Shown here: positions 1 through 11,260 of the stretch, in pieces | How the letters are laid out: each line of letters starts with the position of its first letter | Numbering within the stretch: the first letter of the stretch is position 1 | From: Neophaeotheca triangularis | Lineage: Eukaryota | DNA length: 64,000 nt | Direction: 5' to 3' | NCBI GenBank assembly: GCA_054600435.1 | Contig: BAAIJX010000018.1 | Coordinates: 186,001-250,000 of the forward strand | Translations under genes and position numbers: made by a program | The notes under the pieces: generated by a model | Seen by the model: only the letters and a program-made list of their open reading frames with translations | What the model was told of the DNA's origin: nothing | The model's database searches: none

Positions 1-11
1 CCAACAACCAG

Positions 12-926
12 GCAACCCGGCAAAGATTCCCCGAAGCCAATCACACCCTGTCACCGCAAACAACAATCGAAGACATCTTCGCCTCCGTCCAATCGCAAAC
101 CACAAACTACGGCGTGGTACCCTTCGAGAACAGCTCCAACGGCTGCGTAGTCTTCACCCTCGACCTGCTCGCCGACCGCACCGACAAATACCCCGACGCC
201 CTCGTCTGTGGCGAAATCTACCTACCCGTGCAACACTGCCTAGTCGGCCGACGTCGACCTCGACCAGCAACCTCAACCTCAACCCCGACATCAACCCCGA
301 CATCAAACGCCAAAGAAGGCGACTTCAGCTATATCCGCAAACTCTACTCCCACCCGCAAGCCTGGGGCCAATGCACCAAATTCCTTCAATCGCAGCTCAA
401 GCACGCCGAGCGGCAGGATGTATCGTCCACTTCCAAAGGCTGCGAGCTCGTGGCCATGGAAACAGGTAATGAGACCACGGCGGCCATTTCCTCCAAAATG
501 GCGGCAGAGCTCTACGACGTCCCCGTGCTGGTCGAAGGAATCGAGGACCACCCGGGTGAAAACAGCACGCGCTTCTTCGTGCTTCGCAACCGCGGCGTTT
601 CCGTTCCAGGTGCGGGACTTGCGGCGGAGAGGGAGGAGAAGAGACGGCACAAGTCTCTCGTCACTTTCACCGTTCCGCATATTAGTCCCGGGTCCTTGGC
701 GGATGCGCTTTCGGTTTTCAAGAAGCATGGGTTGAATTTGACGAGTATTAATACTAGACCGAGTGGGGAGGAGACTTGGCATTATGTCTTTTTTGTTGAG
801 TTTGTGGGGAGAAGGGAGGAGGGAGGGGAGGGTGGTGTTAATGAGGCGCTGCGGGAGCTGGATGGGGTCGTTCAAGGGTGGCGATGGCTGGGGAGCTGGG
901 TTGATGCTCAGTCTGGGGGGAGCTAG
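12..926 (+). CDS. PHA2: Prephenate dehydratase (5' end lies upstream of window)
   Basis: Motifs VPFENSSNG, LYSHPQAWGQC, NSTRFFVL and ACT-domain INTRPS. The frame is open back to the window start; CAG at 9-11 may be an intron acceptor. Confidence 0.93.
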   Translation, partial: ATRQRFPEANHTLSPQTTIEDIFASVQSQTTNYGVVPFENSSNGCVVFTLDLLADRTDKYPDALVCGEIYLPVQHCLVGRRRPRPATSTSTPTSTPTSNAKEGDFSYIRKLYSHPQAWGQCTKFLQSQLKHAERQDVSSTSKGCELVAMETGNETTAAISSKMAAELYDVPVLVEGIEDHPGENSTRFFVLRNRGVSVPGAGLAAEREEKRRHKSLVTFTVPHISPGSLADALSVFKKHGLNLTSINTRPSGEETWHYVFFVEFVGRREEGGEGGVNEALRELDGVVQGWRWLGSWVDAQSGGS

Positions 927-1334
927 TTGGGGGAAAGCACGATGCTCCTCAGCTGCTCGAAACAAGAAGCGGAGCTGTTTCGACTGGCCCGAACAAGATG
1001 ACCTCTATCCATGGGTGAACGAAAAGCAGGGCCAGGGAGTTCCACGCGCAACGAAAGGTGTTGTGCTCGACACAGGATAAAGGAAGCAATACACTCGGTT
1101 ACTGCTACAAAAGGGTCTGTCAAAACGAAGCCACACCGAACCCGCCCTTCTCCTTTAACGCCGCTTCCATCCATCCCATCGTCAATACGGCATCCCGACC
1201 CGCCGATAAAGAAGTGTCTCGTATGTCGTGTAGCGGTCCGCAGCGCTAGCAGCGAGCGAGCCTCGCCCACGTATCCGAAAGAAAACTGGTATCATAGCAT
1301 CTCCTCACAACCTCTCGCGACCCGTTTCAGATCC

Positions 1335-2018
1335 TCAAGCCTCGACAGCCTTCTTACCCTTCTTCTGCTCCACCTTCAACAACAGCGCGCGGTTGATGTG
1401 CGGCAAGACACCACCAAACGCGATCGTGGCCCGGATAAGCGTGTCCAGTTCTTCATCACCGCGAATCGCAAGCTGGAGATGGCGCGGCGTGATGCGCTTG
1501 ACCTTGAGGTCTTTAGCCGCGTTGCCGGCGAGTTCGAGCACTTCGGCGGTGAGGTATTCGAGGACTGCAGTGACGTAGACGGCGGCTTTGGCTCCTACGC
1601 GCATCTTGTTTTGGGTTTGCGACTTGAGGAAACGCTTGACACGACCGCATGGGAACTGTGTTTGAGCGTGTTAGTATGATTCGAATGCTAAAAGGAATCA
1701 TAGCGCGATTCCATGCCGCGCAAAGATAATTTCGAAGGGCCCTGTGGATGCCCGCGGCGTGTATTCGAACGCTTTGGTGGAGGAATGTGCTTTGCGACGC
1801 GCCCAGATTTGGTGTTTGGAGTGTAGCAAGCACTTTGCGACTGCTTGCGAGCATCTTACCTGAAGACCAGCTTTGGCAGAGTGACTCTTCTGCGTCTTGC
1901 CCGTCGTGTCCGCGCCCGCCTTGCCTCCGGTCTTGCCGCCAGTTTTGCCTAGATGAGAGTCAGACCCGGCTTGCAGCTGTGAATCCGCTGCGGAAGACGC
2001 ACCCTTGCCGCCTGCCAT
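1335..2018 (-). CDS. HTZ1: Histone H2A.Z; exons 2018-2003, 1948-1860, 1655-1335 (141 aa)
   Basis: [23 protein letters not shown] and [16 protein letters not shown] are H2A.Z-diagnostic. Introns GTGCGT..CTAG (54 nt) and GTAAGA..TACTAAC..ACAG (204 nt). Confidence 0.97.
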
Positions 2019-2528
2019 TGCGAAGATTCGAACAGTGACGCGTGAAGATGGTGTTATCGATGTGTTGTCGTCGTAATCCGGATGTTGGAAGGGGTGTCAA
2101 AGTCGCGTTGTTGATAATTGTTGCGCGAAGATGGAGTCGAGATGCGGCGGATGTTGTGGAAAGCGCGCGTTTGGAGAAGCGGCGGGCGTGTCGGCGGTTT
2201 TGCTGAAAGCTAGGGCCACTAGGAGGCCTGGGCGTGCAACGACTGCCAAGATATGCTTTGAGGCGCCCCGATGGTTTGCGTGGATGACGAGCCGCAAAAT
2301 GCCTAGGGTTGACCGAGCAGGCCGTCTGGTGATCGATTTTCGAGGTATGAACAGAATGAGAAACTCGTGATTATATCTCTCGATGCTGTGTCGTCAATTC
2401 GAAGCCGTTGGAGCGAGGACTGGGGAAGGGATGGAGAAACAGAGAGGATGAAGGAGTGACACCTACTTAGCCCGAGAGCAATCTTAGGTGAACTCCCGGG
2501 CCTACTCGTATTGTACTCGAAGCCGTAG

Positions 2529-2530
<2 letters not shown>

Positions 2531-2558
<28 letters not shown>
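2531..2558. repeat. (GA)n microsatellite
   Basis: Run of about 13 GA units. Confidence 0.9.
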
Positions 2559-2562
<4 letters not shown>

Positions 2563-3317
2563 TACTTACTACTACTTGACTGCTAGGAAGGCTTGGTTCA
2601 AGCTGTGCCTTAGGCCACCATGTGTGGCGTGTTTGGTCAAGTTTGCGGTGACGGCCGAATGCAGTGCAACGCAGTGGTGGCTTCGAAAGTCCCAAGATTG
2701 GTGTAGGGTGTTAAAGTGGTCATCGCTGCGTTGATAGAACCAAAGTCAGTGTCACTTTCTGGATCGTATCGAGAGTCCGGACAACTTACCAACTGTACTT
2801 GCCTCTGACCTCCTACGACATGGAACCGCCATGCCGAGACCAAGGTTTATGCGGCCGGTCGCGCTGTGCGTATTTGTGTTATCACGCCTCAAGTGCTTGA
2901 TATGATACTCTCTAAGCAATTTTGAGGTAAGAAACAACGGTGAGTACAACCAATGATCAAGTAAAACTACGTATCGTCTTTTGCTTAAGTTGTGAAGCGT
3001 AAAGGTAGTGAGGCTTCTCTGAGTACGCCAGCGGCGGGAACAACCGCTGGAGCTCCGCAGAGCCTCCCTCAAGTCGAGCCGTCCATGGAAACCTTTGGGA
3101 CGTCCATCTAGTTACATACTTCTACAAAGTATCGCATTACCACCCATCTCTCCCTTCACCTCCGCGCAAACTTTTACCTCCCACACGATCGCGCTCTCGA
3201 AGTCACAGTCAACTGCTCCAGCGGCCCTGCTTGATATGGCCCGCGCATAAGCAGCGCGTCTGAACCAAGCGACTGACGCGACCCCTCTCCTTCAACTTCG
3301 AGCACCCACCTTTCGCC

Positions 3318-6300
3318 ATGGCGGCCGCGCGGAACGGCCAGCCCAACGGCGTTAATGGCCACAGGGAGTCGTTGGCCCCCGTGCGCTTCGTTGACATCCC
3401 ATCCGTTATCGACATTCCGGTTGGAGGCGAAGGCGAGTTTGTCGACGTTGATCTCACAGAGTTGCTCGACGATACCGACGAGCTGTGCGGCTTACTCGAG
3501 AACGAAAATGCTGCGCGTGGATACTGGATCACTATTGCCCTAGCCTATGTAAAGCAGAAAAAGGTGCATCTGGCAATCGACATCTTGAAGAGGGGTGTGG
3601 ATGCGTGCAAAGCATCGGCTGCCGATGACAAGCTTGCTATGCTTGCTTGTCTCTGCTGGTTGTATCTCTACAAGTGCAGGCAGGCGCCGCGCTTGAAGCC
3701 GAACGAGCCTCTCAAGTCCGGTGAAGATGAGAATCTCAAGGACCACTGGATGCATGCCGCGACCATGACCCTGAACGACGCATCAAGGCTAAACCCATCG
3801 TACCCGCCCTTGTACCTCGCACGAGGTGTCCTGTGCTTGCTTCGCGCGGGTATACCAAGCACCAGAACCACAGGCGCACAAGAGCAGGGTGAGCGTATGG
3901 ACTCGCTGAAGCAGGCTGCAAAGTGTTTCGACGATGCGCACAGGACTTCGGGTGGGAAGAACGTACATGCGATACTTGGCAAGGCGCGAACATTCTATTC
4001 GATGGGTAAATTTCCTGAAGCTTTCGCGCTGTATCAAGAAGCTCTTCAACGTCGGCCAGCCGCTATTGACCCGGATCCTCGCATTGGTATCGGCTGCTGT
4101 CTTTGGCAGCTCGGTCACAAGGAGCCTGCCAAAGCCGCATGGCAGCGATCGTTGAACCTCAATCCTGATTCCAAGATTGCGAATTTACTGGTCGGTCTCT
4201 ACACCCTGGACAAGAGCAATCAGTTCAACGCAAACGACCCTGCCTTCGGTGCGACCTACCGTCAGGCAATGACTTCATACATGCAGAAGGCTTTCAAGCT
4301 CGATGACAAGTACGCGCTCACTTGCTCTGCCTTTGTAGGTTATTTCCTCCTCCGCAGAGACTGGAAACGCGTCGAGGGCCTTGCGCGCAGAGCCATTGAA
4401 CGGGCGGACACCAATGCGACTGCCGGAGATGGCTGGTATTCGCTTGCGCGCAAGGACCATTACGAGGGGAATGTAAAGGAAGCGGAAGAGTCTTACAGAA
4501 AGGCAGACTTGGCTAGGGGAGGTGAAGAGCGAGGCTACTTGCCCGCCAAGTTCGCTGCGGCTCAGATCAAGATACTCATGGGCGATGTAGTGGGTGCGAG
4601 GTTCAGGCTGGAGAAGATCATCTCTCAGAGCAAGAACAAGAGCTTAGAAGCGATGACGTTGCTGGGCATTCTGCACGCAGAAGACGTCTTTGCTTCGAGC
4701 GCTGCTGGATCCAAAGAAGACAAGAGTAATGAGAAGAAGAAGGCCATTGCTCTGCTCGAACAGGTCCGCAATGCATGGAAGGACACACGAATCAAGGCCA
4801 CCAAGGATTCAGCTGTGCTCTTGAATCTTGCAAGGCTGTACGAGGTAGAGCAGCCGGAGAAGAGTCTTGCATGCCTGCAGCAGGTCGAGCAAATGGAGCT
4901 TGATGAGATCGCAGACGAGGACAAACCCGAGGATATCGATGACCCGGTTGCAATGAAGAGCGCGCTGCGCTCGCTCATAAGCCCTCAGCTTCTTAACAAC
5001 ATGGGCACCTTCAACTTCCAGTTCGAGAGATACTCACAGGCTCGTGATGACTTCCAGGCAGCGCTTACTGCTAGTGTCAAGATGAAGGATCGCGACGATA
5101 GCATCGATACCGACTCCCTCGTCACCACCATCAGCTACAACCTGGCCAGGACTTACGAGGCCGAGTCGATCAACGATGAGGCGCAGAAGGTTTACAACGG
5201 CCTACTGGATCGTCACCCCGACTACACTGATGCCAGCACTCGGCTCGCATTCATCTCCCTTAATTCAGATCCCGCCAAGGGAGCCGAGGCTTTGAAGCAG
5301 CTCATGGACTCTGATCCTAAAAATCTCGAGGTCAGGTCGCTGTACGGCTGGTGGATCAACAGTCACAAAAAGCGTGTTCGTGACCTAGCAGAAGACCAAG
5401 AACAACGTCATTACAAGCACACTCTGCAGCAGTATGACAAGCACGATCTTTACGCTCTGATGAGCATGGGCAATCTCCACCTATCGTTTGCACGCGAGAT
5501 ACCAAGAGACACCGAACCTCACAAGGAACGCCGAAGCAAGACGTACATGCGTGCTGTTGAGTTCTTCGACAAAGTTCTCACGCTCGACCCCAAGAACGCT
5601 TACGCTGCGCAAGGCATGGGTATTGCGCTACTCGAGGAGAAAAAAGATACCAACAGTGCAATCCAAATATTCTCCAAGATTCGCGAGAGTGTCAAGGACG
5701 CTTCAGTGCACATTAACCTCGGTCATGTTTTTTCGGATGTGAAGCAATTTTCGCGCTCGATTGAACATTACGATCTGGCTCTCGCCAAAGCCAAAGGGCC
5801 TCCAAACCCACTAACTCTCGCTTGTCTTGGCCACGTCTGGCTCAAGAAAGGACGCCACGAACGGAGCCCAGATGCCTACAAGAAGGCCCTCGAATATGCC
5901 AAGCAGACGGTCGAAGCGCAGCCCGAGAACGTAGCGTTCCGCTTCAACGTCGCTTTGGTGCAATCTGAACTCGCGAGAACCATGGTTGCCTTGCAGGACA
6001 CACAGCGTACGCTATCTGATCTCGAAGCTGCAAGCCAAGGTCTGGATGAAGCCATCGACTCTTTCTTCGCCATCGCCAAGGCGCCCAACCCTCCGTTCGC
6101 CAAGTTCGACATTGAGCAGCGAGCAAATATGTGCAAGAACACCATGAAGAAGCAAGTCGGAGGCGCAATCGAGAAGCAAGCCGACTACGAGCACAAGAAT
6201 GCCGCCAGACTCGAGGCTGCTCGCAAACAGCGTGAAGAGGACATCCGCCGTCGCGAAGAAGAGCGCCAAGCTGCACAGGCCAAAGCCGAGGAGGAGCGTC

Positions 6301-6977
6301 GTAAGATTGCCGAGGAGCGTAAGCGCATGGCTGAGGCGGATAGAGAAGCTGCTAGGCTACGCGAAGAAGAAGAAAAGCGGAAGGAAGAGGCCGAGTACAC
6401 TACCGATGCTGAGACCGGAGAGCGCAAGAAGCGCGAGAAAAAGCCAAAGGGAGAGAGGAGGAAGCGTAAGAAGAAGGGCGAGGATAGTGATTCCGATGGT
6501 GTCGTCGACGGTACTTCGGATGGCGAGGGCGAAGGCAAGAAGAAAAAGAAGAAGCGTCGCTCCAAGTCTGCCAGAGCCAGCACGGAAGAGCCCGGCTCAG
6601 GCTCGGACGCAGAGGCTCCAAGGAAGAAGAAGAAGAGAAGACTAGAACGCAAGGGCAAGGCGGCTCCAGTCAGCAAGTACAAGTCCGCGGACATGGTTGT
6701 CGAGAGCGACGAAGAGGAGGGGGCGGGTGGCGCTGATGCAGATGCGGAACCCGCTGCGATTCAGCCTGACACTGGTGACGAGAGCGAGAACGGAGCCGTC
6801 GACGACGATTTGTTCGGAGGAGAGGACGAGACTGAAGACGCTGCCGCCTCGAGCAAACGTTCAACTCAGAGGAGCAAGGCCAGAGTCGTCGACGACGAAG
6901 ACGAGGATGAGGAGATGGGAGACGCGGCCCCAGCCGACATTGAGGCCAACGGGAAGGGCGGAGAAGACGACGAGTAG
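3318..6977 (+). CDS. CTR9: Paf1 complex subunit Ctr9 (TPR protein), intronless, 1219 aa
   Basis: N-terminal IDIP..LLENENAARGYWITIALAY, many TPR-like repeats (DPRIGIGCCLWQLG; LDPKNAYAAQGMGI), K/E/D-rich tail. Confidence 0.93.
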   Translation: MAAARNGQPNGVNGHRESLAPVRFVDIPSVIDIPVGGEGEFVDVDLTELLDDTDELCGLLENENAARGYWITIALAYVKQKKVHLAIDILKRGVDACKASAADDKLAMLACLCWLYLYKCRQAPRLKPNEPLKSGEDENLKDHWMHAATMTLNDASRLNPSYPPLYLARGVLCLLRAGIPSTRTTGAQEQGERMDSLKQAAKCFDDAHRTSGGKNVHAILGKARTFYSMGKFPEAFALYQEALQRRPAAIDPDPRIGIGCCLWQLGHKEPAKAAWQRSLNLNPDSKIANLLVGLYTLDKSNQFNANDPAFGATYRQAMTSYMQKAFKLDDKYALTCSAFVGYFLLRRDWKRVEGLARRAIERADTNATAGDGWYSLARKDHYEGNVKEAEESYRKADLARGGEERGYLPAKFAAAQIKILMGDVVGARFRLEKIISQSKNKSLEAMTLLGILHAEDVFASSAAGSKEDKSNEKKKAIALLEQVRNAWKDTRIKATKDSAVLLNLARLYEVEQPEKSLACLQQVEQMELDEIADEDKPEDIDDPVAMKSALRSLISPQLLNNMGTFNFQFERYSQARDDFQAALTASVKMKDRDDSIDTDSLVTTISYNLARTYEAESINDEAQKVYNGLLDRHPDYTDASTRLAFISLNSDPAKGAEALKQLMDSDPKNLEVRSLYGWWINSHKKRVRDLAEDQEQRHYKHTLQQYDKHDLYALMSMGNLHLSFAREIPRDTEPHKERRSKTYMRAVEFFDKVLTLDPKNAYAAQGMGIALLEEKKDTNSAIQIFSKIRESVKDASVHINLGHVFSDVKQFSRSIEHYDLALAKAKGPPNPLTLACLGHVWLKKGRHERSPDAYKKALEYAKQTVEAQPENVAFRFNVALVQSELARTMVALQDTQRTLSDLEAASQGLDEAIDSFFAIAKAPNPPFAKFDIEQRANMCKNTMKKQVGGAIEKQADYEHKNAARLEAARKQREEDIRRREEERQAAQAKAEEERRKIAEERKRMAEADREAARLREEEEKRKEEAEYTTDAETGERKKREKKPKGERRKRKKKGEDSDSDGVVDGTSDGEGEGKKKKKKRRSKSARASTEEPGSGSDAEAPRKKKKRRLERKGKAAPVSKYKSADMVVESDEEEGAGGADADAEPAAIQPDTGDESENGAVDDDLFGGEDETEDAAASSKRSTQRSKARVVDDEDEDEEMGDAAPADIEANGKGGEDDE

Positions 6978-8356
6978 AGCTCTCATTTACACGGACTCGA
7001 TAGGCGTTGTAACAGTGTACTAACATTGGGCCTCCATTTCTAGATGGACAGGATCAGCTAGAGCAAGCTCTCGGCCAGCCGCTGGTGGTGGAGCATGGAT
7101 CAGATGAGTGTGAAGCAGGTTGCATCCAGCTTTCAGGACGCCGAGACGTTGAACCTGGAGGCTTCATATTGCGTTTTGAAGGAGGGTGTACTATAGCGAG
7201 GCGTGCAAGTAAGGGGGAGCTTGGGGAAGGAGGGTGCGGGAATCAGCAGCGCCTCTCGTAGTTCCGCCAGGAGGAGCACGCTTGACGCATGCTGCGGAGT
7301 CGAAAATGGCGTTTGCAGGAAGAGCGGTGTGTATCTAACGTTACCCACCTAGCTCTCTTTTCCCACGCAATGCAACATCCAAATCCACAGAGTCTGCCCA
7401 AATCCCCTTTTCCGTTCAGAATCGAGGTCGAAGTCGCCAATTTTGGCTTCACCAAGCTGCTGCTGATGACGCCTTAGCGGTCTTAGCGTTCCAACAAGGT
7501 TGAGTAGATCGGTGGGGGCGCATGCAAGTGTATACCTTACTGTAAGGTAGTATGCACGACATTCATAAGGCATCTATTCTGTTCCACTCGATCTTCGTAG
7601 ATTGATGAGGCACGATGGCTTGCATTAACGAGTCACGACGCAACCGTCAACCCAAAAACCCCGACCAAGCCGGCATTCGGGCATACCTCACCGGACGGAC
7701 GATCAAACTGTGCATCCACATGCTTGTTACTCACTGTCGATGCTCGAACCAAACACCGAGATCGTGGAGACGGTATGTGCGGATTGGATGCTGAAGACCT
7801 CAGCTAACGAGCGGGTCCAGAACCTTAGTTTGCCAAAGAACCTCATCAACCTCCTCAAGTTCCAACCCTTCCCCCGGTGTCTAGCCCGGAACCCCGACTA
7901 CAGTGCGGCAGTGCTCCCTGCGATTGGGCCACAAATTATGCACCCAATGCGTAGGCTTTCTTTGGCTCCTCCACTTCCACAAAAGATCTGCTTTCCCTCT
8001 TCAACAAACATCCACATTGACGATCTGGCACTAATCCATGCATCTAAGTGTTTGATTTGAAAGCCATCTTTCCCACTTTGGTGCAGCTTTCCTGTCGAAT
8101 CGAAGGACCGGCGTCTTCCCCGAAACGAATCCGTCGATTGCAAGGCTTTTCGGGTTGATGGTATAATGTTACAAAGGTACGTGATCGACATCGTTGGCCG
8201 CGAACATTGCTCTGAGCGAAAGCTTCGAACGCTCTTTGACGTCGCTGTTATCCGCACAATAATGCGCACATCATCGGGCGACAAAGACTACGATACTTCC
8301 GTACGTGTTGAGATGGGAGCTGGTGGAAAGGTCCTGTTGGGGGACGAGAGGGATGT

Positions 8357-8362
8357 TATAAA
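8357..8362 (+). promoter_or_regulatory. Putative TATA box of secreted-protein gene
   Basis: TATAAA about 135 nt upstream of ATG 8492. Confidence 0.45.
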
Positions 8363-8491
8363 GAGCTTTGGCGTCCACTAGGTGCTGAGTTCTTTTGGTC
8401 CCTCAAATTATCACCACCGCAGTTCCTCAATCGTGTCCCATTCAAGGCCTTATTCTTGTTCTTTTTTCACATCCCCTTTTAAGGGATAGAT

Positions 8492-9319
8492 ATGCAGCTT
8501 ACTACCAGCCTCCTGGCCCTCGCTGGTCTCGCAACGGCCCTTCCACAGGCCGGCCAGGGCAGAGTGGTCCAGTATGTTTCCAAGGTCAGTCCCTACAGCG
8601 CCGAAATTGCCGTCGAGATGCTCTAATATACTGAGAGAGATGACAGTTTGATGAGATCCAAGCAGGATTGGTACCAGGCGTTCCCGTGCGGACCATTACG
8701 CCACTAGGCGCATAGTGAGTGCTGAGTGCTGAGTGCTTTATAGGCGATAGGTTTGAGACAATACTGATGATTTACGCTTCAGCAACAATCTCTTCTTCGA
8801 CTTCCTTGGCATTATCGACAGCGGTAACCCTGTTGGCGCAGGTGTACGGGCACAGTCTGCTCCCAACGTACTGGCCTACGACGTTGTCGCCCAGGGTCAG
8901 GGTCAGCAAGCGGTGAGTTTGCAGTATCATTCGCCGCGATTGGCCGCAAGAACGAAATCGCTGAATGCTTGTTTCGACAGATTCGCGCCGATTACGACGG
9001 AAGCAAGACCGACCACTTCAACCTCAAGTCGACGTATCTAGGATGCGTGACGTCGGCGCAAGAAACGCTCACGAGCCCTGCAGTTTCCTGCACGATCAAT
9101 GTCACGGGCTTCCGTAACAACAAGCAGGTCGCCAAGCAGACCATCTCATTCCAACCCGACACTTTGCTCCTCGGTGTGAATAACATGAAGAAGGTCTCCT
9201 TTAATCGCGGCTTCAGGAATGTCGATGAAGTACAGTTTGAAACTCAGGGTTTGCTCGCTCAGTTGGCGACGGCAGTATTTTTCGACAACTTGGCGTACGA
9301 CGTTACTTTGAAGAAGTAG
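8492..9319 (+). CDS. Small secreted protein of unknown function; exons 8492-8584, 8647-8714, 8783-8912, 8981-9319 (209 aa)
   Basis: Signal-peptide-like MQLTTSLLALAGLATALP. Three GT..AG introns (donors GTCAGT, GTGAGT, GTGAGT) splice in frame into ORF 8969-9319. Confidence 0.8.
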
Positions 9320-10239
9320 CAGAGACGACAGAGTCGAAAAGACAGTGAGGAGTTCAGGATATCGTAGAATCGGGGGAAGTAGAAACAAGTAGCAAAGAAT
9401 TCAAAGGCACGCTGACATCTGCCAATGTCGCGGAGCTTTTCCCAATATCAGCCCCATGAGATTGTCGCCTCCCCATGTTTTAGACATCGACCGGTCTTTG
9501 CAAGTCTACTGTACCGACATGCTTTCAGTCTCCGGCGCCGGCACGGGGGATAACTAGGTACAATACCCGTGTGCCGCTGATCGAGCGGTCTCTGTACCTC
9601 TAGTAGTGACGGATGCTTATAGCCCCCCGGTGCCGGTCAAAAGGTGGTCGTGGTGTACGATGAAGCGAAGGAGACGTTGCCATGGCCTGCTCCAAAGGTA
9701 AGGGATGCTGGTGCTGCTGATGCTGAGGTTGCCAAATACTGCCGAGAGTGTGTCCGAGAAGAGGCTGCATATATTCATCACTCGTTGCGAACACCGCCGC
9801 GAGCGCTACCGTGTGGGCTAGCCACCACGGCTTCCGTCGCTCTAACCGCCGCATCGTGCGCAATCCGAGGACGAGGGGCAGAAACGCATGAGGCCGAGCG
9901 TGCCATGGCTCCGAGAAACTAGAGAGTGCCAGTATTGCGACGCTTCGACCGGTGTTCCATCGCCAGGCCGTCGTGATCGCAAGATGGGCGAGGTGGGAGC
10001 GGCGCAGCGCCAGCCCTTGCGAAGAAACGCGAAGCGAACGGGCTGACAACATGAGATTCTCCGGCGGGGTTTTGGAGGATGAGGTTGAGAGCTGTGTCGT
10101 AAGTATGCGGAGGCGGCTGGGGTGAAGTAGCTACGGGGGAGTGGCTGCTGTGTAATGATGAGGTGTACATGCAGCCAGGGATGGACAATTGCCCGGGGCA
10201 CTTGAGCAGCGTCTCACTAAAGACCGAGATCGATGGGAA

Positions 10240-11260
10240 GAGGAGTGAGGAGACGCGGTTCCAAATGAGCGTAAATCCTCCAAAAAGGGGGGTGTAAAAC
10301 GATCGCGCTCAGAGGTTTCGGAGCTAGGAAGTGGAGTAGGGTCCGCTAAGAGATTCTGAAATCGGCGTCTAGAGCTAGCGAAAGCGATTAGGCGAAGATT
10401 GTCAGAGGTGAGGCCGGTCCTAAATCGACAAAGGGGAAAGGAAAATCCGCCGAGAACGAAAAGGCGGTCGCACCGGGAAATGGCAGACCCGATGCGCAAC
10501 GAGCGAAAAAGAGAAAGAAGGATAGGACGATAAAGACACCACCTACGGATCCTAAACCTAAAGCAACCTCTTAAAAATAATCGGCTAGGCGGCTAGAAGA
10601 AGAGGTGAGCTATACCCTAGGACCGTTAAGGGTGGCCTTTAAGCTATCCCCGACTCCCTTGCCTCCGTCGGACAAGAAGAAGATTAGTGACGAGGCACGC
10701 TCGGCCTACATCAAACTCCCACCTGAGAACAAGAAAGACCTTGCCCTGTTTGGCGCCATTTCAACGGCGGTTAAACGTCGATCTCTGCAAGCCCGTCTAG
10801 TTCTATCGGCAACATCGTACTGGGTTGCAGTATTTGATTCGCACTTTGCGGCACGAGAGGCCCTTAAAGCGCTGGACAAAACGCACATCCCGGGCGGTAA
10901 GGGAGTAAAGATGCAGGCGAGCATCTTTAGCATCAACGGGCCCGAAACGGTTAGCAAGCCAGTCACCTACATCGTGGACAGCGGGATCTAGGACCTTCAT
11001 AGCGAGACGGCAAGGGCGGAAATTGAGTTGGCCTTACAGGGCTATTTCGGTAAAGCCTACCAACCGGACGCTAAGAAAGTTGCAACACCAGCCGAAGAAG
11101 TCCCCGACTGGGGGTGGAAGATTGTTTCACTCGCAGCAGAGTCGTCTCCCGCATGTACACTGTTGGTTCGAGTACCAACAAGTCGGTCCTTGAGTATTTC
11201 GGGTGGGTAATGAGCGGCACAGGCGTTGTTTGTGAGATTTGATGTTGGAATAGAGTAGCG
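10240..11260 (+). pseudogene. RIP-degraded ORF with basic low-complexity region and RRM-like domain; possible non-LTR retroelement ORF1/gag relic
   Basis: One frame links ORFs 10605-10991 and 11028-11210 and continues upstream. It is broken by TAA/TAG at 10347, 10389, 10572, 10578, 10989 and 11208, and the region is visibly TpA-rich. Confidence 0.6.

Noticed and set aside
1656..1859. snoRNA in the 204-nt H2A.Z intron
   Set aside because: No clear C/D or H/ACA boxes; only an 8-bp hairpin near the branch point.
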